Assembly (NCBI GenBank): GCA_046116545.1
Contig: CP175956.1
Span: 705,734-769,733 of the forward strand
Direction of reading: 5' to 3'
From: Candidatus Moraniibacteriota bacterium
Lineage (GTDB): Bacteria > Patescibacteriota > Minisyncoccia > Moranbacterales > GCA-2747515
DNA length: 64,000 nt
Shown here: in pieces, positions 30,668 to 41,022 of the stretch
Layout of the letters: every line of letters starts with the position of its first letter
How positions within the stretch are numbered: the stretch's first letter is position 1
Position numbers and translations under genes: made by a program
The notes under the pieces: generated by a model
Database searches by the model: none
Seen by the model: the letters and a program-made list of their open reading frames with translations, nothing else
What the model was told of the DNA's origin: nothing

Positions 30668-30810
30668 AATAATTCACCTCCTGCCATAATTTTTGTTTTT
30701 ATTTGTACTACTAACTTTTATATTTAATACTGTATCATGCAAAAACACTAATAACAACAACTAGCCACATTAAAAATAAGTCATTGACTTATAGTATTTT
30801 TTCTATCAAA

Positions 30811-30846
30811 AAGGTCCAACCTAGGGTCAACCCTAGGTTGGACATT
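30811..30846. repeat. Palindromic repeat family A
   Basis: AAGGTCCAACCTAGGGT-CA-ACCCTAGGTTGGAC. Confidence 0.8.
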
Positions 30847-30859
30847 GTCTCATTAATAC

Positions 30860-31873
30860 CTATACTTCTTCAAGTTGTGCTTTCACCATAATTCTACGAG
30901 CGTTTGTACCAAGTGGCCAACAAGTTGTAAGTGTTAATTCCTGTGATTGCGTATCAGCAAATATACGACTATCATCTGGAGCAACCTCCTCGTTCAAGGT
31001 TACAACATATTTATAGTTAATCTCTTTTCCATTTTGTTGTTTTGTTTTTACTATTATCTCATCGCCATCAGTAAGATCATTGAGATTTTTAAAAATATTA
31101 TCATAAATCCCCTTTGACCAAATATAATTACTGCTATGTCCTGCCACATACATATTTCCACGTCTACCAGGCATTGCAGTGCCTGGATAATGTATTACAC
31201 CATCATTTAAATCTTCTTGTAACTTCTCTTCTGCTGCATCATTAGATAATACAACTGGCACCTCTACATTTATTTTATTTATTTCTACAATTATTTCTGG
31301 ACGAATATCTCCCAATGCCATGGGATCATACCCATTATTCACCTCATCACCGTCACTATATCCATCACCGTCTGTGTCAGATTTTTTTGGATCTGTTCCA
31401 AATATATATTCATCATAAATAACCAATCCATCATTATCACTGTCATCAAATTCATCACTAACTAACAATCCCATGTTATCAATCTCCCACTTATCTGGTA
31501 TATTGTTTGAATTTGTATCCATAAGTCCACTTCCATTTGGAGAATAGCCATTTTCTATTTCATCACCGTCACTATATCCATCACCATCTGTGTCAGATTT
31601 TGTAGGGTCCGTCTTATATTTATACTCAGCGACAAGTGATAAACCATCATTATCAATATCAAGCTCTGCATCTATAAAATTATTAAGAGTTACATCATAT
31701 TTAGTCAACCATTCCTCAGGCACGCCAAAATCATCCTTATCACGAGGATTACCCTTATCATTTGCAACTGGCACAATAGATTGATTTACTCGACCAAGTA
31801 TCCCACTCAACAGAGAAAAAACTATTATAAAGGTTACAAAAAAAGCAATTGTTGATATTAAAAACCTTTTCAT
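30860..31873 (-). CDS. Sortase with TSP3-like Ca-binding repeats
   Basis: N-terminal TM; duplicated DTDGDGYSDGDE; AGHSS, LTLTTCWP, R catalytic residues. Confidence 0.9.
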   Translation of the reverse strand: MKRFLISTIAFFVTFIIVFSLLSGILGRVNQSIVPVANDKGNPRDKDDFGVPEEWLTKYDVTLNNFIDAELDIDNDGLSLVAEYKYKTDPTKSDTDGDGYSDGDEIENGYSPNGSGLMDTNSNNIPDKWEIDNMGLLVSDEFDDSDNDGLVIYDEYIFGTDPKKSDTDGDGYSDGDEVNNGYDPMALGDIRPEIIVEINKINVEVPVVLSNDAAEEKLQEDLNDGVIHYPGTAMPGRRGNMYVAGHSSNYIWSKGIYDNIFKNLNDLTDGDEIIVKTKQQNGKEINYKYVVTLNEEVAPDDSRIFADTQSQELTLTTCWPLGTNARRIMVKAQLEEV

Positions 31874-31922
31874 ATTCTAATATTATTTATCAGCCTATTT
31901 ATAATATTCCCATTTACCCCCA

Positions 31923-31948
31923 TGTCATTCCTGCGAAGGCAGGAATCT
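31923..31948. repeat. Palindromic repeat family C
   Basis: TGTCATTCCTGC-GAAG-GCAGGAATCT. Confidence 0.7.
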
Positions 31949-32028
31949 TACGGTAGACAACATGTTGACCAAATTAATCATAATAAGCAATAATACCACA
32001 TTAAAACCACTTTGTCAAACACATATGC

Positions 32029-32057
32029 TTGACAATTACTCTTTTTTATGCTATTTT
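32029..32057 (+). promoter_or_regulatory. Sigma70-type promoter
   Basis: TTGACA, 17 bp, TG-c-TATTTT. Confidence 0.6.
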
Positions 32058-32127
32058 TAAACATCGTACCTAGTACGACACATAATTAGAAAAGTTTTAT
32101 AACAACTCAATATACGGAGGATTACCT

Positions 32128-32334
32128 ATGCAAGCTACCTCAAAAAAACCACCTCATTACATTTGTCCAAATAATTGTGAGGAAGTTTATTTTTATCAAG
32201 ATGGACTACTTGAGGCGACTCGAACTTTTGATGAAGATGGTACAGACATGGCTGATGAAACATTTGATTTCTCAGCAAAAACAGAAATGAAATGTTTTCA
32301 CTGTAACTCTGTTGCCATTATCAATAAATCCTGA
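32128..32334 (+). CDS. Small zinc-ribbon protein
   Basis: CPNNC...CFHC; GGAGG RBS; own promoter and terminator. Confidence 0.7.
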   Translation: MQATSKKPPHYICPNNCEEVYFYQDGLLEATRTFDEDGTDMADETFDFSAKTEMKCFHCNSVAIINKS

Positions 32335-32417
32335 CTTGTTTATTAAGTTATAGAAAAATATAAACCGCCAGACAACATATACATGTTACTGGTGGTTTTT
32401 TCTTTTTTTACTACATC

Positions 32418-32519
32418 GTCATTGCGAGTGTCGCCATCTTTTGTGCCACAAGCGAAGCAATCTCATTAAGTTTAAAAATATCTTAACGAGATTGCTTCGT
32501 CGTACCTCCTCGCAATGAC
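32418..32519. repeat. Palindromic repeat family B
   Basis: GTCATTGCGAG...GAAGCAATCTC / GAGATTGCTTC...CTCGCAATGAC. Confidence 0.8.
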
Positions 32520-32531
32520 CCAAAAGACAAA

Positions 32532-32567
32532 AAGGTCCAACCTAAGATCGACCATAGGTTGGACCTT
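32532..32567. repeat. Palindromic repeat family A
   Basis: AAGGTCCAACCTA...TAGGTTGGACCTT. Confidence 0.8.
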
Positions 32568-32585
32568 GTCCAGCTAAAATAAAAC

Positions 32586-33692
32586 CTAAAAATTCTTTCC
32601 AATATACTCCATCAACTTACTTCCCTGTAATTCCTGTGTTGCTGCGCCTGCTCTTATGAAAAATTCTTCTTTTTGCCCTTCTTTTAAAAAAACGGGTACA
32701 TCCGAACTAAAACAATCTATTCTAAATACTTGTTTATCATCTATATTAACTACTTCAGACTGTATTGAGCTAGCGAATTGCTCCCCTATATGTTGATTAA
32801 ATAAATTTGTAAAATGTAATTGAAATTTATCATTATTTATAAAATTATCTTTTCCTAACCCTAGCACGTCCCCACCATCATTAACGCCTACAAACAATAT
32901 TCCGCCTTCAGCATTCAAAAACGCACAAATAGTTTTAAGAACTGCATGCTCTATTCTCTTATCCTTCTCATCTGTATGCAAATTCACTCTCAAAGTTGAT
33001 TTGAATTCTACTGTGTTATTTTCCCCTGATTTTATTATTCTTACACTATCATCACCCATTGATTTTAATTTTCCTCCGTGCGATGGATTTGTGGCAAAAA
33101 ACTTTCCCATAAGCTTACCCATGATATTATTTGACCCATTTTCCAAATACTGATATCCAGCAAATGACACTATGAGTGCCCCTACCATAATACTTGCTAC
33201 AGCCCCTATTTGATTCCACACAGAATCTGTCTGCATATTACCTCCAGAAACTAAAGCCTCTATAATATTTTCAAATATGATCCAAAGCAAACTAAATGCT
33301 ATAGAAAAAGTGAATGCAAAAAGTGAAACAAAAAAAGGACTTAATCTAAGTGAATTTTTATGAAATTTATTCATAGCATAAACTAACATAAACGCAATCA
33401 TTCCAAATAACGCTCCACTAATAACATGCATTACGACTTCAAATAAAAGTGATTGCGTATGCACAAAAATAAGTTCGTCAACAATCAAAGACATACCCAC
33501 AAACAATGCTAGTGCTATCTCAATTTCTTGTGGATATCTAACTGTAGACTTTCGAAAAAAGAAACGTAATCCGAAAATAGCTAAAATCGTAATGATTGAA
33601 AGAAAAAATGTAACCCAACTTTCTCGCAAAAAAGCAAGTGTAGTCAAGCTAACTAATAAAAAATATATAAAAAAATAAACTAAATTTTTCAT
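32586..33692 (-). CDS. Multi-TM protein fused to Schlafen/AlbA_2 domain
   Basis: About 6 TM, then GENNTVEFKSTLR...KTICAFLNAEGGILFVGVNDGG. Confidence 0.85.
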   Translation of the reverse strand: MKNLVYFFIYFLLVSLTTLAFLRESWVTFFLSIITILAIFGLRFFFRKSTVRYPQEIEIALALFVGMSLIVDELIFVHTQSLLFEVVMHVISGALFGMIAFMLVYAMNKFHKNSLRLSPFFVSLFAFTFSIAFSLLWIIFENIIEALVSGGNMQTDSVWNQIGAVASIMVGALIVSFAGYQYLENGSNNIMGKLMGKFFATNPSHGGKLKSMGDDSVRIIKSGENNTVEFKSTLRVNLHTDEKDKRIEHAVLKTICAFLNAEGGILFVGVNDGGDVLGLGKDNFINNDKFQLHFTNLFNQHIGEQFASSIQSEVVNIDDKQVFRIDCFSSDVPVFLKEGQKEEFFIRAGAATQELQGSKLMEYIGKNF

Positions 33693-33694
33693 AA

Positions 33695-33859
33695 TTAATC
33701 CTTTTTTATTTCTTCTGTTTCATCATCAACTAAAAATGGGGATGGTTCTTTATTTTCAGTTGTTACATTATTTACTTGTTTATTTTCAGTTACATCTTGC
33801 TGTATGTCATCTGTTAAATCTAATTTTCCACCACCAAACATTTTTGAAAAAAATCCCAT
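33695..33859 (-). CDS. Small acidic protein (54 aa)
   Basis: Manual translation MGFFSKMFGGGKLDLTDDIQQ...EEIKKD; stop abuts the next ATG. Confidence 0.55.
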   Translation of the reverse strand: MGFFSKMFGGGKLDLTDDIQQDVTENKQVNNVTTENKEPSPFLVDDETEEIKKD

Positions 33860-34015
33860 ATCTTTATAAAACTAATTTAAATAAATACTATATTATCTAC
33901 CCAGTATACCACATGAAGTTCTGCTGACAATGCATGTATTATTTAGTATATTTATTTGTTATACTTATTATAAATAATATAATTTTTGTACATTACAAAC
34001 AAAAGGAGAAACTTC

Positions 34016-34447
34016 ATGCAAAGAATTCCCTACACACCCCTTAATAAAAATATAATTCCAATACAACCAATACATCTTATTAAGTTGGGTAAAAAACAAA
34101 ATTCAACACATCCAGATCCTGAATTAGCTGCAAAATTGTTAGCCAAATCAAAACCATTAGTTACTGGAGGAATGAATCTTAGTTTAATCTTAGGGAGATA
34201 TGTCCCTGTAGTAACTATTTTAAAACTAAAAGAAGCAAATATTCACGGCTGGACATTACAAAAAGAATCAAATGAGTATTTCTTAGAGTATTTTGAAAAC
34301 GGCTCTGATTGTCCCTTTTGTGAACTAAAGTTAACTAATGATTCTCCTTTTTTTCTTGCAGGAGTAACTGATTCATGTTGTGAAGCCACAACAAATCCTT
34401 CTGTAATCATAGGTGTTATAGACTATGTACTTTCACATATGCCTTAA
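34016..34447 (+). CDS. Hypothetical protein
   Basis: AAGGAG before ATG at 34016; CPFC motif. Confidence 0.6.
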   Translation: MQRIPYTPLNKNIIPIQPIHLIKLGKKQNSTHPDPELAAKLLAKSKPLVTGGMNLSLILGRYVPVVTILKLKEANIHGWTLQKESNEYFLEYFENGSDCPFCELKLTNDSPFFLAGVTDSCCEATTNPSVIIGVIDYVLSHMP

Positions 34448-34514
34448 CACAAAAAAAAGCTCTTCAACATAATTGTTGAAGAGCTTTTAACTTTGCAGCA
34501 AAAATAATTATAAA

Positions 34515-35063
34515 TTATTTTTTAGTAGCATAATACATAACTATTATTTCCATTCCAGCAAATACTGCGTATACACCAACTAGAGTTCCTATAAGCAACG
34601 CTGATGCAACAAGTATTTTTGTCAAAACCATAACAGCTAACAAAATTGAAATAAGTCCACTTGTTAGCATCCAACCCCAATGAGCTGGCCTAGTAGCAAC
34701 TGACATGATTGATTTTGACACACCATCAACCAAGAATAATACTCCCAAAAATACAGTTATCGTCACTATTGAAACTATTACTTTTGACACCATCATCAAT
34801 CCCAATACAAATGCCAATATACCCAACAGCATACCTAACCAAACTTTACCATTCTTTCTATCCATGATTGCTCCTATAAATTGCATGATTCCACCAAAAA
34901 GCAAGAACCATCCAAAAAATATAGCTGTTAAATAAGTTGTAGGCACTGGTGACATAATTGCAAACATCCCTGAGAATACCAAAAGTATCCCAAAAGCCAA
35001 TGACCATCCGTCCATTTTTCCTTCTACTGCTTGCGGTGAAGCAGTTGCACATGTTTCTCCCAT
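34515..35063 (-). CDS. HdeD/DUF308 membrane protein
   Basis: Repeated G..L...G..A...P and G..LL..G helices. Confidence 0.85.
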   Translation of the reverse strand: MGETCATASPQAVEGKMDGWSLAFGILLVFSGMFAIMSPVPTTYLTAIFFGWFLLFGGIMQFIGAIMDRKNGKVWLGMLLGILAFVLGLMMVSKVIVSIVTITVFLGVLFLVDGVSKSIMSVATRPAHWGWMLTSGLISILLAVMVLTKILVASALLIGTLVGVYAVFAGMEIIVMYYATKK

Positions 35064-35172
35064 ATTTTTTTATTATTAAATTAATATTATTTATACTATA
35101 TCACTCATTATTACATTTTACAATAATAAATAACTATATTTTCATATAGTTATTTATTTTAAATGCCCTCTA

Positions 35173-35799
35173 CTACTTAGCTTCTCCAGGACCTGCCATT
35201 GTTGCAGGATCTTCAAAACAACTATTTTGTTCATCACTCCACACACCACCTGCTTCAGCACAATCTTTTTTATCATTTTCTATTGCACTTTCATCCATAC
35301 AACGTGCTGGCTTCATAGTTTCTGGTGTGCACGCCATTCGTGTACATGCCATTGGCATTCCAAGTTCTCCTACCTTACAATTATTACATCCGTCAAACCA
35401 AGACTGACATCCTGCTGTTACAGTATTTCCATTTGCGTCAACAATAACATCTCCATTCATAACTTCGACACAGCTCAAACTTTGATCTGTTCCTTCCATT
35501 GACAGAGTTGCCTCACCTTGATGAGTCCAAAATGTTACTTCTCCATCGCTATATTTTGCGCCTGATGCAGCTTCAACATTTGGTAATGTCATTTCTTGCC
35601 CTGATATATAAACAGTTGCTGTACTTGGTTCTACATCATTATTAAAATCCGCCTTCACATCTTCTCCTTCACAATCATACGTCACAGCACTTTCACTTGG
35701 TTGCGTCACAACATTTTCTTCTACATCTTTATCTTGTCCTCCACATCCCACTAAAAATATTAGCGCAGCTACTGCACTAACAATCACTTTTTTGTTCAT
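35173..35799 (-). CDS. Lipoprotein with MliC lysozyme-inhibitor domain and Cys-rich module
   Basis: LVGC lipobox; YDC...AASGAKYSDGEVTFWTHQGEA; CQSWFDGCNNC...CTRMAC. Confidence 0.85.
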   Translation of the reverse strand: MNKKVIVSAVAALIFLVGCGGQDKDVEENVVTQPSESAVTYDCEGEDVKADFNNDVEPSTATVYISGQEMTLPNVEAASGAKYSDGEVTFWTHQGEATLSMEGTDQSLSCVEVMNGDVIVDANGNTVTAGCQSWFDGCNNCKVGELGMPMACTRMACTPETMKPARCMDESAIENDKKDCAEAGGVWSDEQNSCFEDPATMAGPGEAK

Positions 35800-35883
35800 A
35801 GGTTTTTATCTTTATTAATTATATTACCTCCTATAATTACTATAATAAAACACACTCACAAAAATGCAAGTGTGTTTTACTAC

Positions 35884-36014
35884 TGTCATACCTGCACAGG
35901 CAGGTATCTTTCTATTATTTAAAGCAATTATATACTTTTTATAAGATTCCTGCCTTCAATCCAGGTTGTCTCTATCTTGAGCAAAACTCAATTCACCTTG
36001 ATGCAGGGATGACA
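35884..36014. repeat. Palindromic repeat family C doublet
   Basis: TGTCATACCTGC..GCAGGTATCT ... AGATTCCTGC...GCAGGGATGACA. Confidence 0.7.
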
Positions 36015-36021
36015 TACTTTC

Positions 36022-37443
36022 CTAATCATTTTCTGGTTTATCTCCACAATAAAATTTCAAGTATGGAGAAAATTCTGAATAACTATCTAGTGTTGTACAA
36101 TCATCACAATAACTATAAGCATATTCTGTATAATAATATGTATCTTCATCAATGTGGAATGACACCTCAACATCATCACCATCATCATCCGGTTCTTCTT
36201 TTCCAGAATGTTCTTCATTACCATGTTTTTCATCTCCTACTAATATCCAATACGCACGTGCACTATCTACACCAGGATACTTTAAAGTCACTTTATATTC
36301 ATTGTCATCTCTATCTTCGCAAGACACAACAACTGGCTGGCTTGTTGGGTCATCCAAACTCATTTCAGTATTAATTGTCAAATCAATACCTTTATCTGGT
36401 GCTGTTGTATGTTCTTGATGTGATGTTGCTTTTTCTTCACCTTTTCGAAAAAGTTTAGCACGAACATCATATTCTACACCAGTCTTGGCATCTGTGTAAA
36501 CCCACTTTCTTTTACTTTCTGCTGGAAATGAATCAACTTCTGTAAACCCACCTGCACCGTCCTCTCGAACCTGCACAGAAACAGTGCTATCACTCTTATA
36601 ACTACCATTCAATGTCACTGTACCACTCAGAGGCGTTTTTGTTGGCTCTGTTATGGCACTTGATTCCAAAGAAAGTACGACATCATTCTGAGGAACAACT
36701 GCATCCACATTATTCGATGAACCTAAATAATTCCCATTTACGTCATACAATTCTGCTTGTACTTTATAATCAACTTTTGCCAAAGCATCATCCCATTCCC
36801 AATTATTTGTCGCAGCAGCAGGAAGTCCTACAAGTTGTTTTGTAAATTTATAACCATTTGCAACAACTTGTGAATCTGCATCTGACAAATCTTGCACAGG
36901 AGCTGTAAAAATTGTATAGGTCGACCCACTTGGAATATGTCCTGCAATATTCAATGAACCTGCAACAGTTTTATTTGCTGATGCATTCACACTATCTTCT
37001 GGTAACTCTTTCCAAGTTACAGTAAGTACTAAATCAACATCACTTGCTGGAGCAGTAACTGTTACTACATGTGATTCTGTTATCTCTTCTCCCTCTATAA
37101 CAAGGACTGCTTTTAGATCATATAATTTATTTGCATCAAGTTCATCTATCATCCAAGTTCCGCCATTTGTAAGTGACGGCGTTATAGCAGCATCTACTGA
37201 CTCAAATACTGCTCCAGTATTATGCTCACGAATCTTAAAATCTATTGAACCCTCATCTCCTTGTTCTGGCTTTAATGAGTTAAATGATATATCACCACTT
37301 ATTCTAACAGACCCTTGATCAATGTCTTCTTCATTATCAGTATTGGCTTTATTACCAAAAATAAGCCAAGCAATGACAAACGTAATCACAATAGCTCCAA
37401 GTACCATCCACATGGATTTTTTTTGTTGTTCATCCATAAACAC
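36022..37443 (-). CDS. Membrane-anchored extracellular beta-rich protein
   Basis: N-terminal TM, repeated Ig/FN3-like segments. Confidence 0.75.
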   Translation of the reverse strand: MFMDEQQKKSMWMVLGAIVITFVIAWLIFGNKANTDNEEDIDQGSVRISGDISFNSLKPEQGDEGSIDFKIREHNTGAVFESVDAAITPSLTNGGTWMIDELDANKLYDLKAVLVIEGEEITESHVVTVTAPASDVDLVLTVTWKELPEDSVNASANKTVAGSLNIAGHIPSGSTYTIFTAPVQDLSDADSQVVANGYKFTKQLVGLPAAATNNWEWDDALAKVDYKVQAELYDVNGNYLGSSNNVDAVVPQNDVVLSLESSAITEPTKTPLSGTVTLNGSYKSDSTVSVQVREDGAGGFTEVDSFPAESKRKWVYTDAKTGVEYDVRAKLFRKGEEKATSHQEHTTAPDKGIDLTINTEMSLDDPTSQPVVVSCEDRDDNEYKVTLKYPGVDSARAYWILVGDEKHGNEEHSGKEEPDDDGDDVEVSFHIDEDTYYYTEYAYSYCDDCTTLDSYSEFSPYLKFYCGDKPEND

Positions 37444-37629
37444 AAGTATATTATTAAATTAATCTCATTTCATATTAACATTAATCAAAAATTACGCAAT
37501 AAAAAATATTACAATATATACCCCGTTCGAATCCTATTGACCCAACTCGATTTTTGCAAAATAAAAGAGCTTTATATTAAATAATAAAGCTCTTTTATGA
37601 TTTTTTACAACTAAACTATAATTGTATAA

Positions 37630-38166
37630 TTATTTTACAGCATTTGTTGTAGCTGTAGCATCTGTAGTAGTATCAGTTCCACACTGAGTCTCAAGTTCAG
37701 TGATTTCTGCATTTACTAAAGTAACTTGTTCTTGAGTTTCTGTTAATTCTGTATTTTTACCTTCCATAAATACATCTACTTTGTCACTACATTCAGGCAC
37801 TGAAAGTCCTGGATTCAAATTTCTGCATGTTTCAATTGCAAAATCTGGACTTTGTTCTACTTTACCTTCTAAATTCTCTAGAGCTGCTACGTGAGCATCT
37901 AGTAACACCAATTGAGTTTTCTTTAACTCTAATTGTTGTGCACAACTTTGTTCTTCCAATTTTTCAGCCTCTTCAACCATCATTTCTGCTCCTTTTTCCA
38001 AATCTGCTTTTGCTTCATCTATTTCTACCTGTTGAGTTGCTAATTCATCTTGCAACCCTGCAATTTCTTTTTCTACATCAGCCTGTGATGTATCACTTTC
38101 TCCACAACCAGTTAATGCCACTATTGCGAACATAGCAACTGATAAAATTACGATCTTTTTATTCAT
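37630..38166 (-). CDS. Coiled-coil lipoprotein
   Basis: LTGC lipobox. Confidence 0.75.
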   Translation of the reverse strand: MNKKIVILSVAMFAIVALTGCGESDTSQADVEKEIAGLQDELATQQVEIDEAKADLEKGAEMMVEEAEKLEEQSCAQQLELKKTQLVLLDAHVAALENLEGKVEQSPDFAIETCRNLNPGLSVPECSDKVDVFMEGKNTELTETQEQVTLVNAEITELETQCGTDTTTDATATTNAVK

Positions 38167-38461
38167 AGTTATTTTTTATTAATGATTAACTATTTATATC
38201 TAGATTATACAAAACTTTATTTTTTTATGCAATATTAAAACCAAAGATTCCTGCCAAAATAATTATTAATATATCACATCTTAATTTTGCTCACCAATCA
38301 TATTGCCAAAACCTATTTTCTGTGTTATGATACATCGTTATGTTATTATAAATTTACATTGTTAAATCCAAGCTGAAAAATGTCTAGATATGAGATAGAT
38401 AATGTATAATGAAAATAACTATTATTTAGTAAGTAATCTTGATCTACTTATAGTCTCCCCT

Positions 38462-38497
38462 AAGGTCTAACCTAGGGTCGACCCTAGGTTAGACCTT
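38462..38497. repeat. Family A, perfect 36-bp palindrome
   Basis: AAGGTCTAACCTAGGGTC|GACCCTAGGTTAGACCTT. Confidence 0.85.
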
Positions 38498-38505
38498 TAT
38501 ATAAA

Positions 38506-39771
38506 ATGAAAAAAATATCTGAAAAATATGATGTAGTTGTAATAGGTGGCGGACCATCTGGCATGATGTGTGCTGGACGAGCTGCTGAGCTTGGTGCACG
38601 TGTTTTATTGTTGGAAAAAAATGCATCTCTTGGCAATAAGCTTATGCTTACAGGTGGTGGCCGATGTAATATTACTAATGCTGATTTTAATACTGATTCA
38701 TTTTTGAATAACTTTGGTGATGCTAAAAAATATCTCTTTTCCCCATTCTCACAATTTTCTGTTGAAGATACTTTTGACTTTTTCCAACAACGTAACCTTC
38801 CACTAGTAACAGAGGCTAGAAATCGTGTTTTTCCAGAAACACAAAATGTACAGGATGTATTTAATGTTCTAACACAATACATGAAAGATGGCAGTGTAAC
38901 CGTAAAAACTAATACGCAGGTTTTATCACTAGAACGTGATGATAAAAAAATATTGCTAGTAACTGATACGGACCATAATAAATATGAAGCTAATAGCTTT
39001 GTAATTGCAACTGGCGGGCTTGCTGCTCCAGAAACAGGTGCTACTGGTGCTGGGCTTAACTTTTTAGAAAAGATGGGTCATAAAGTTCATGCTTCCAATC
39101 CAAATTTAGTACCACTACGAACAAGTGCTAAGTGGGTTAAAAACCTTTCGGGAATCACATGGTCTTTCATGAAAATACGATTCGTACAAGATGACAAAAC
39201 TCAAGTTCGCAAAACTGGTAAAATTCTCTTTACTCACTTTGGTGTTTCTGGACCACTTATCATAAATTCAGCTAGTGAAGTTAAAGAACTGTTGAAAAAA
39301 GGACCTGTCACAGCAGTTATTGATCTATTTCCTGACACTGATGAAAAAGTTCTCGATAAACGAATCATCAAATTATTTGAAAAAAATCAAGATAAAAAAT
39401 TGAAAAATCTTTTACCTGAAATGATTTTTAAAAGTATTGCCCTTGAGATACTGGCTATGCCCCATTTAAAGCTAAGTTATACCGAAGCAAAATTCATAAC
39501 AAAAGAGAAAAGAAAAGCTCTTGTACACACATTAAAAAATCTCACATTTCCTATTACAGGTACTTGTGGGATGGACAAAGCGATTGTTGCTGATGGTGGT
39601 ATAGAGTTATCAGAAGTTGATTTCAAAAATATGACTTCACGTAAATATTCGAATCTTTATCTAACTGGTGATATACTAAATATAAATAGACCTTCTGGCG
39701 GTTTTTCACTACAACTATGTTGGACAACTGGATTTGTAGCAGGAACCGATATTGGAAATAAAACAAAATAA
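38506..39771 (+). CDS. HI0933/BaiN-family flavoprotein
   Basis: IGGGPSG, TGGGRCNITN, ATGG, LFTHFGVSGP, GGFSLQ. Confidence 0.92.
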   Translation: MKKISEKYDVVVIGGGPSGMMCAGRAAELGARVLLLEKNASLGNKLMLTGGGRCNITNADFNTDSFLNNFGDAKKYLFSPFSQFSVEDTFDFFQQRNLPLVTEARNRVFPETQNVQDVFNVLTQYMKDGSVTVKTNTQVLSLERDDKKILLVTDTDHNKYEANSFVIATGGLAAPETGATGAGLNFLEKMGHKVHASNPNLVPLRTSAKWVKNLSGITWSFMKIRFVQDDKTQVRKTGKILFTHFGVSGPLIINSASEVKELLKKGPVTAVIDLFPDTDEKVLDKRIIKLFEKNQDKKLKNLLPEMIFKSIALEILAMPHLKLSYTEAKFITKEKRKALVHTLKNLTFPITGTCGMDKAIVADGGIELSEVDFKNMTSRKYSNLYLTGDILNINRPSGGFSLQLCWTTGFVAGTDIGNKTK

Positions 39772-39789
39772 ACTTCATCTCATTACATT

Positions 39790-41016
39790 ATGAACGAGCT
39801 ACTAAAAGAAACTCAATCACACATCAAAGAAACTTTACAGCTGACCAGTAAAAGTCTTTACAAAACCATTGAGTTTCAATTGCTTTTTAAGATTTTTTAC
39901 ATAAGTATTTTTATATTTATTATCAATTTTTTAATTGGTACTTTTTTAGATGTTATTGATTTACTCATTACAAAAATGCGACTTGGAGAAGCATTGAAAG
40001 ACATTCCCATTATTTCTCTTTTTGATTTTAATATTATTTTTGTATTATTAACTTCCCTTTTTATAATTATATATATCTACCTACTTGAAAAAAATGGTGT
40101 AATTATAATTACTAGCAATTATTATAGAAATAATTTTATATCTTTTTTCAAAACATTATTATTATCAATTAGAAAAACTCCCCGCTTCATATTTAGAAGA
40201 TTGTATGAAATGCGAATTATTATACTTATATATGTACTAATGTATATATTATGGAAAATTCTTGAACTTTTTTCATTGCCTGAACTTATAATGACAACTC
40301 TATCAATATTTTTAGTTTTATATGGCGCAGGTATATTTTTTGCAGTTTTATTTAGATATACATTTACAGCTTACACAACATGTCTAGAACCAGATGAATC
40401 TTACCAAGAATTCAATGAAAAAATGCCCTATAAATTCCTAAGAAAAAGAACGTATGCAACATCTATCTTTTATATTACATTTTTTATAGGAGCACTCTTA
40501 TGGCTCTTTATATTTTATGGCATAACCCAAGTATTACTACATCTTGTTTACTCTTACCCCGAAGCAATTTCTATTGCATTTGCATTTTTCATAGCATTCA
40601 CGATTATGAGTGTACTGATAATGCTTTCAATGTTCAAAACATTAAAAGTCTCTCTTATGACAATTCTATATTATGAAGAGAGAAAACGACAAAACAAACA
40701 CATTGAAATGAAACATGCTCAAAAACAACCGCTTCTATCAAAAAATATTTACATGGCACTTATAACAATTTTAGTAATAGCACTTTTTGGAGGAGTCTTT
40801 ATTACAACAACTATAAAAACAAAGACTGATTTAATAATAACTAATGCACAAGCTTACATAGAAGAAGTACGAGAAAATAATACATTACATGAGATAGATA
40901 TTGAAAATATAAATTTACAGTATATACTAAAAGAATCAATATCTAATGATACATCAACATTGGAAACTATTGAGAGGGTGATTTTTACATTCTTAGCATA
41001 TATTATTATTAAATAA
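39790..41016 (+). CDS. Polytopic membrane protein (GDPD membrane-domain-like)
   Basis: About 8 TM helices; upstream of cls; family resemblance is tentative. Confidence 0.65.
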   Translation: MNELLKETQSHIKETLQLTSKSLYKTIEFQLLFKIFYISIFIFIINFLIGTFLDVIDLLITKMRLGEALKDIPIISLFDFNIIFVLLTSLFIIIYIYLLEKNGVIIITSNYYRNNFISFFKTLLLSIRKTPRFIFRRLYEMRIIILIYVLMYILWKILELFSLPELIMTTLSIFLVLYGAGIFFAVLFRYTFTAYTTCLEPDESYQEFNEKMPYKFLRKRTYATSIFYITFFIGALLWLFIFYGITQVLLHLVYSYPEAISIAFAFFIAFTIMSVLIMLSMFKTLKVSLMTILYYEERKRQNKHIEMKHAQKQPLLSKNIYMALITILVIALFGGVFITTTIKTKTDLIITNAQAYIEEVRENNTLHEIDIENINLQYILKESISNDTSTLETIERVIFTFLAYIIIK

Positions 41017-41022
41017 ATTTCT

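Noticed and set aside
37524-37545. GTTCGAATCCTATTGACCCA looks like a tRNA T-arm or att remnant
   Set aside because: 5' T-stem does not pair, no cloverleaf, no CCA, no integrase nearby
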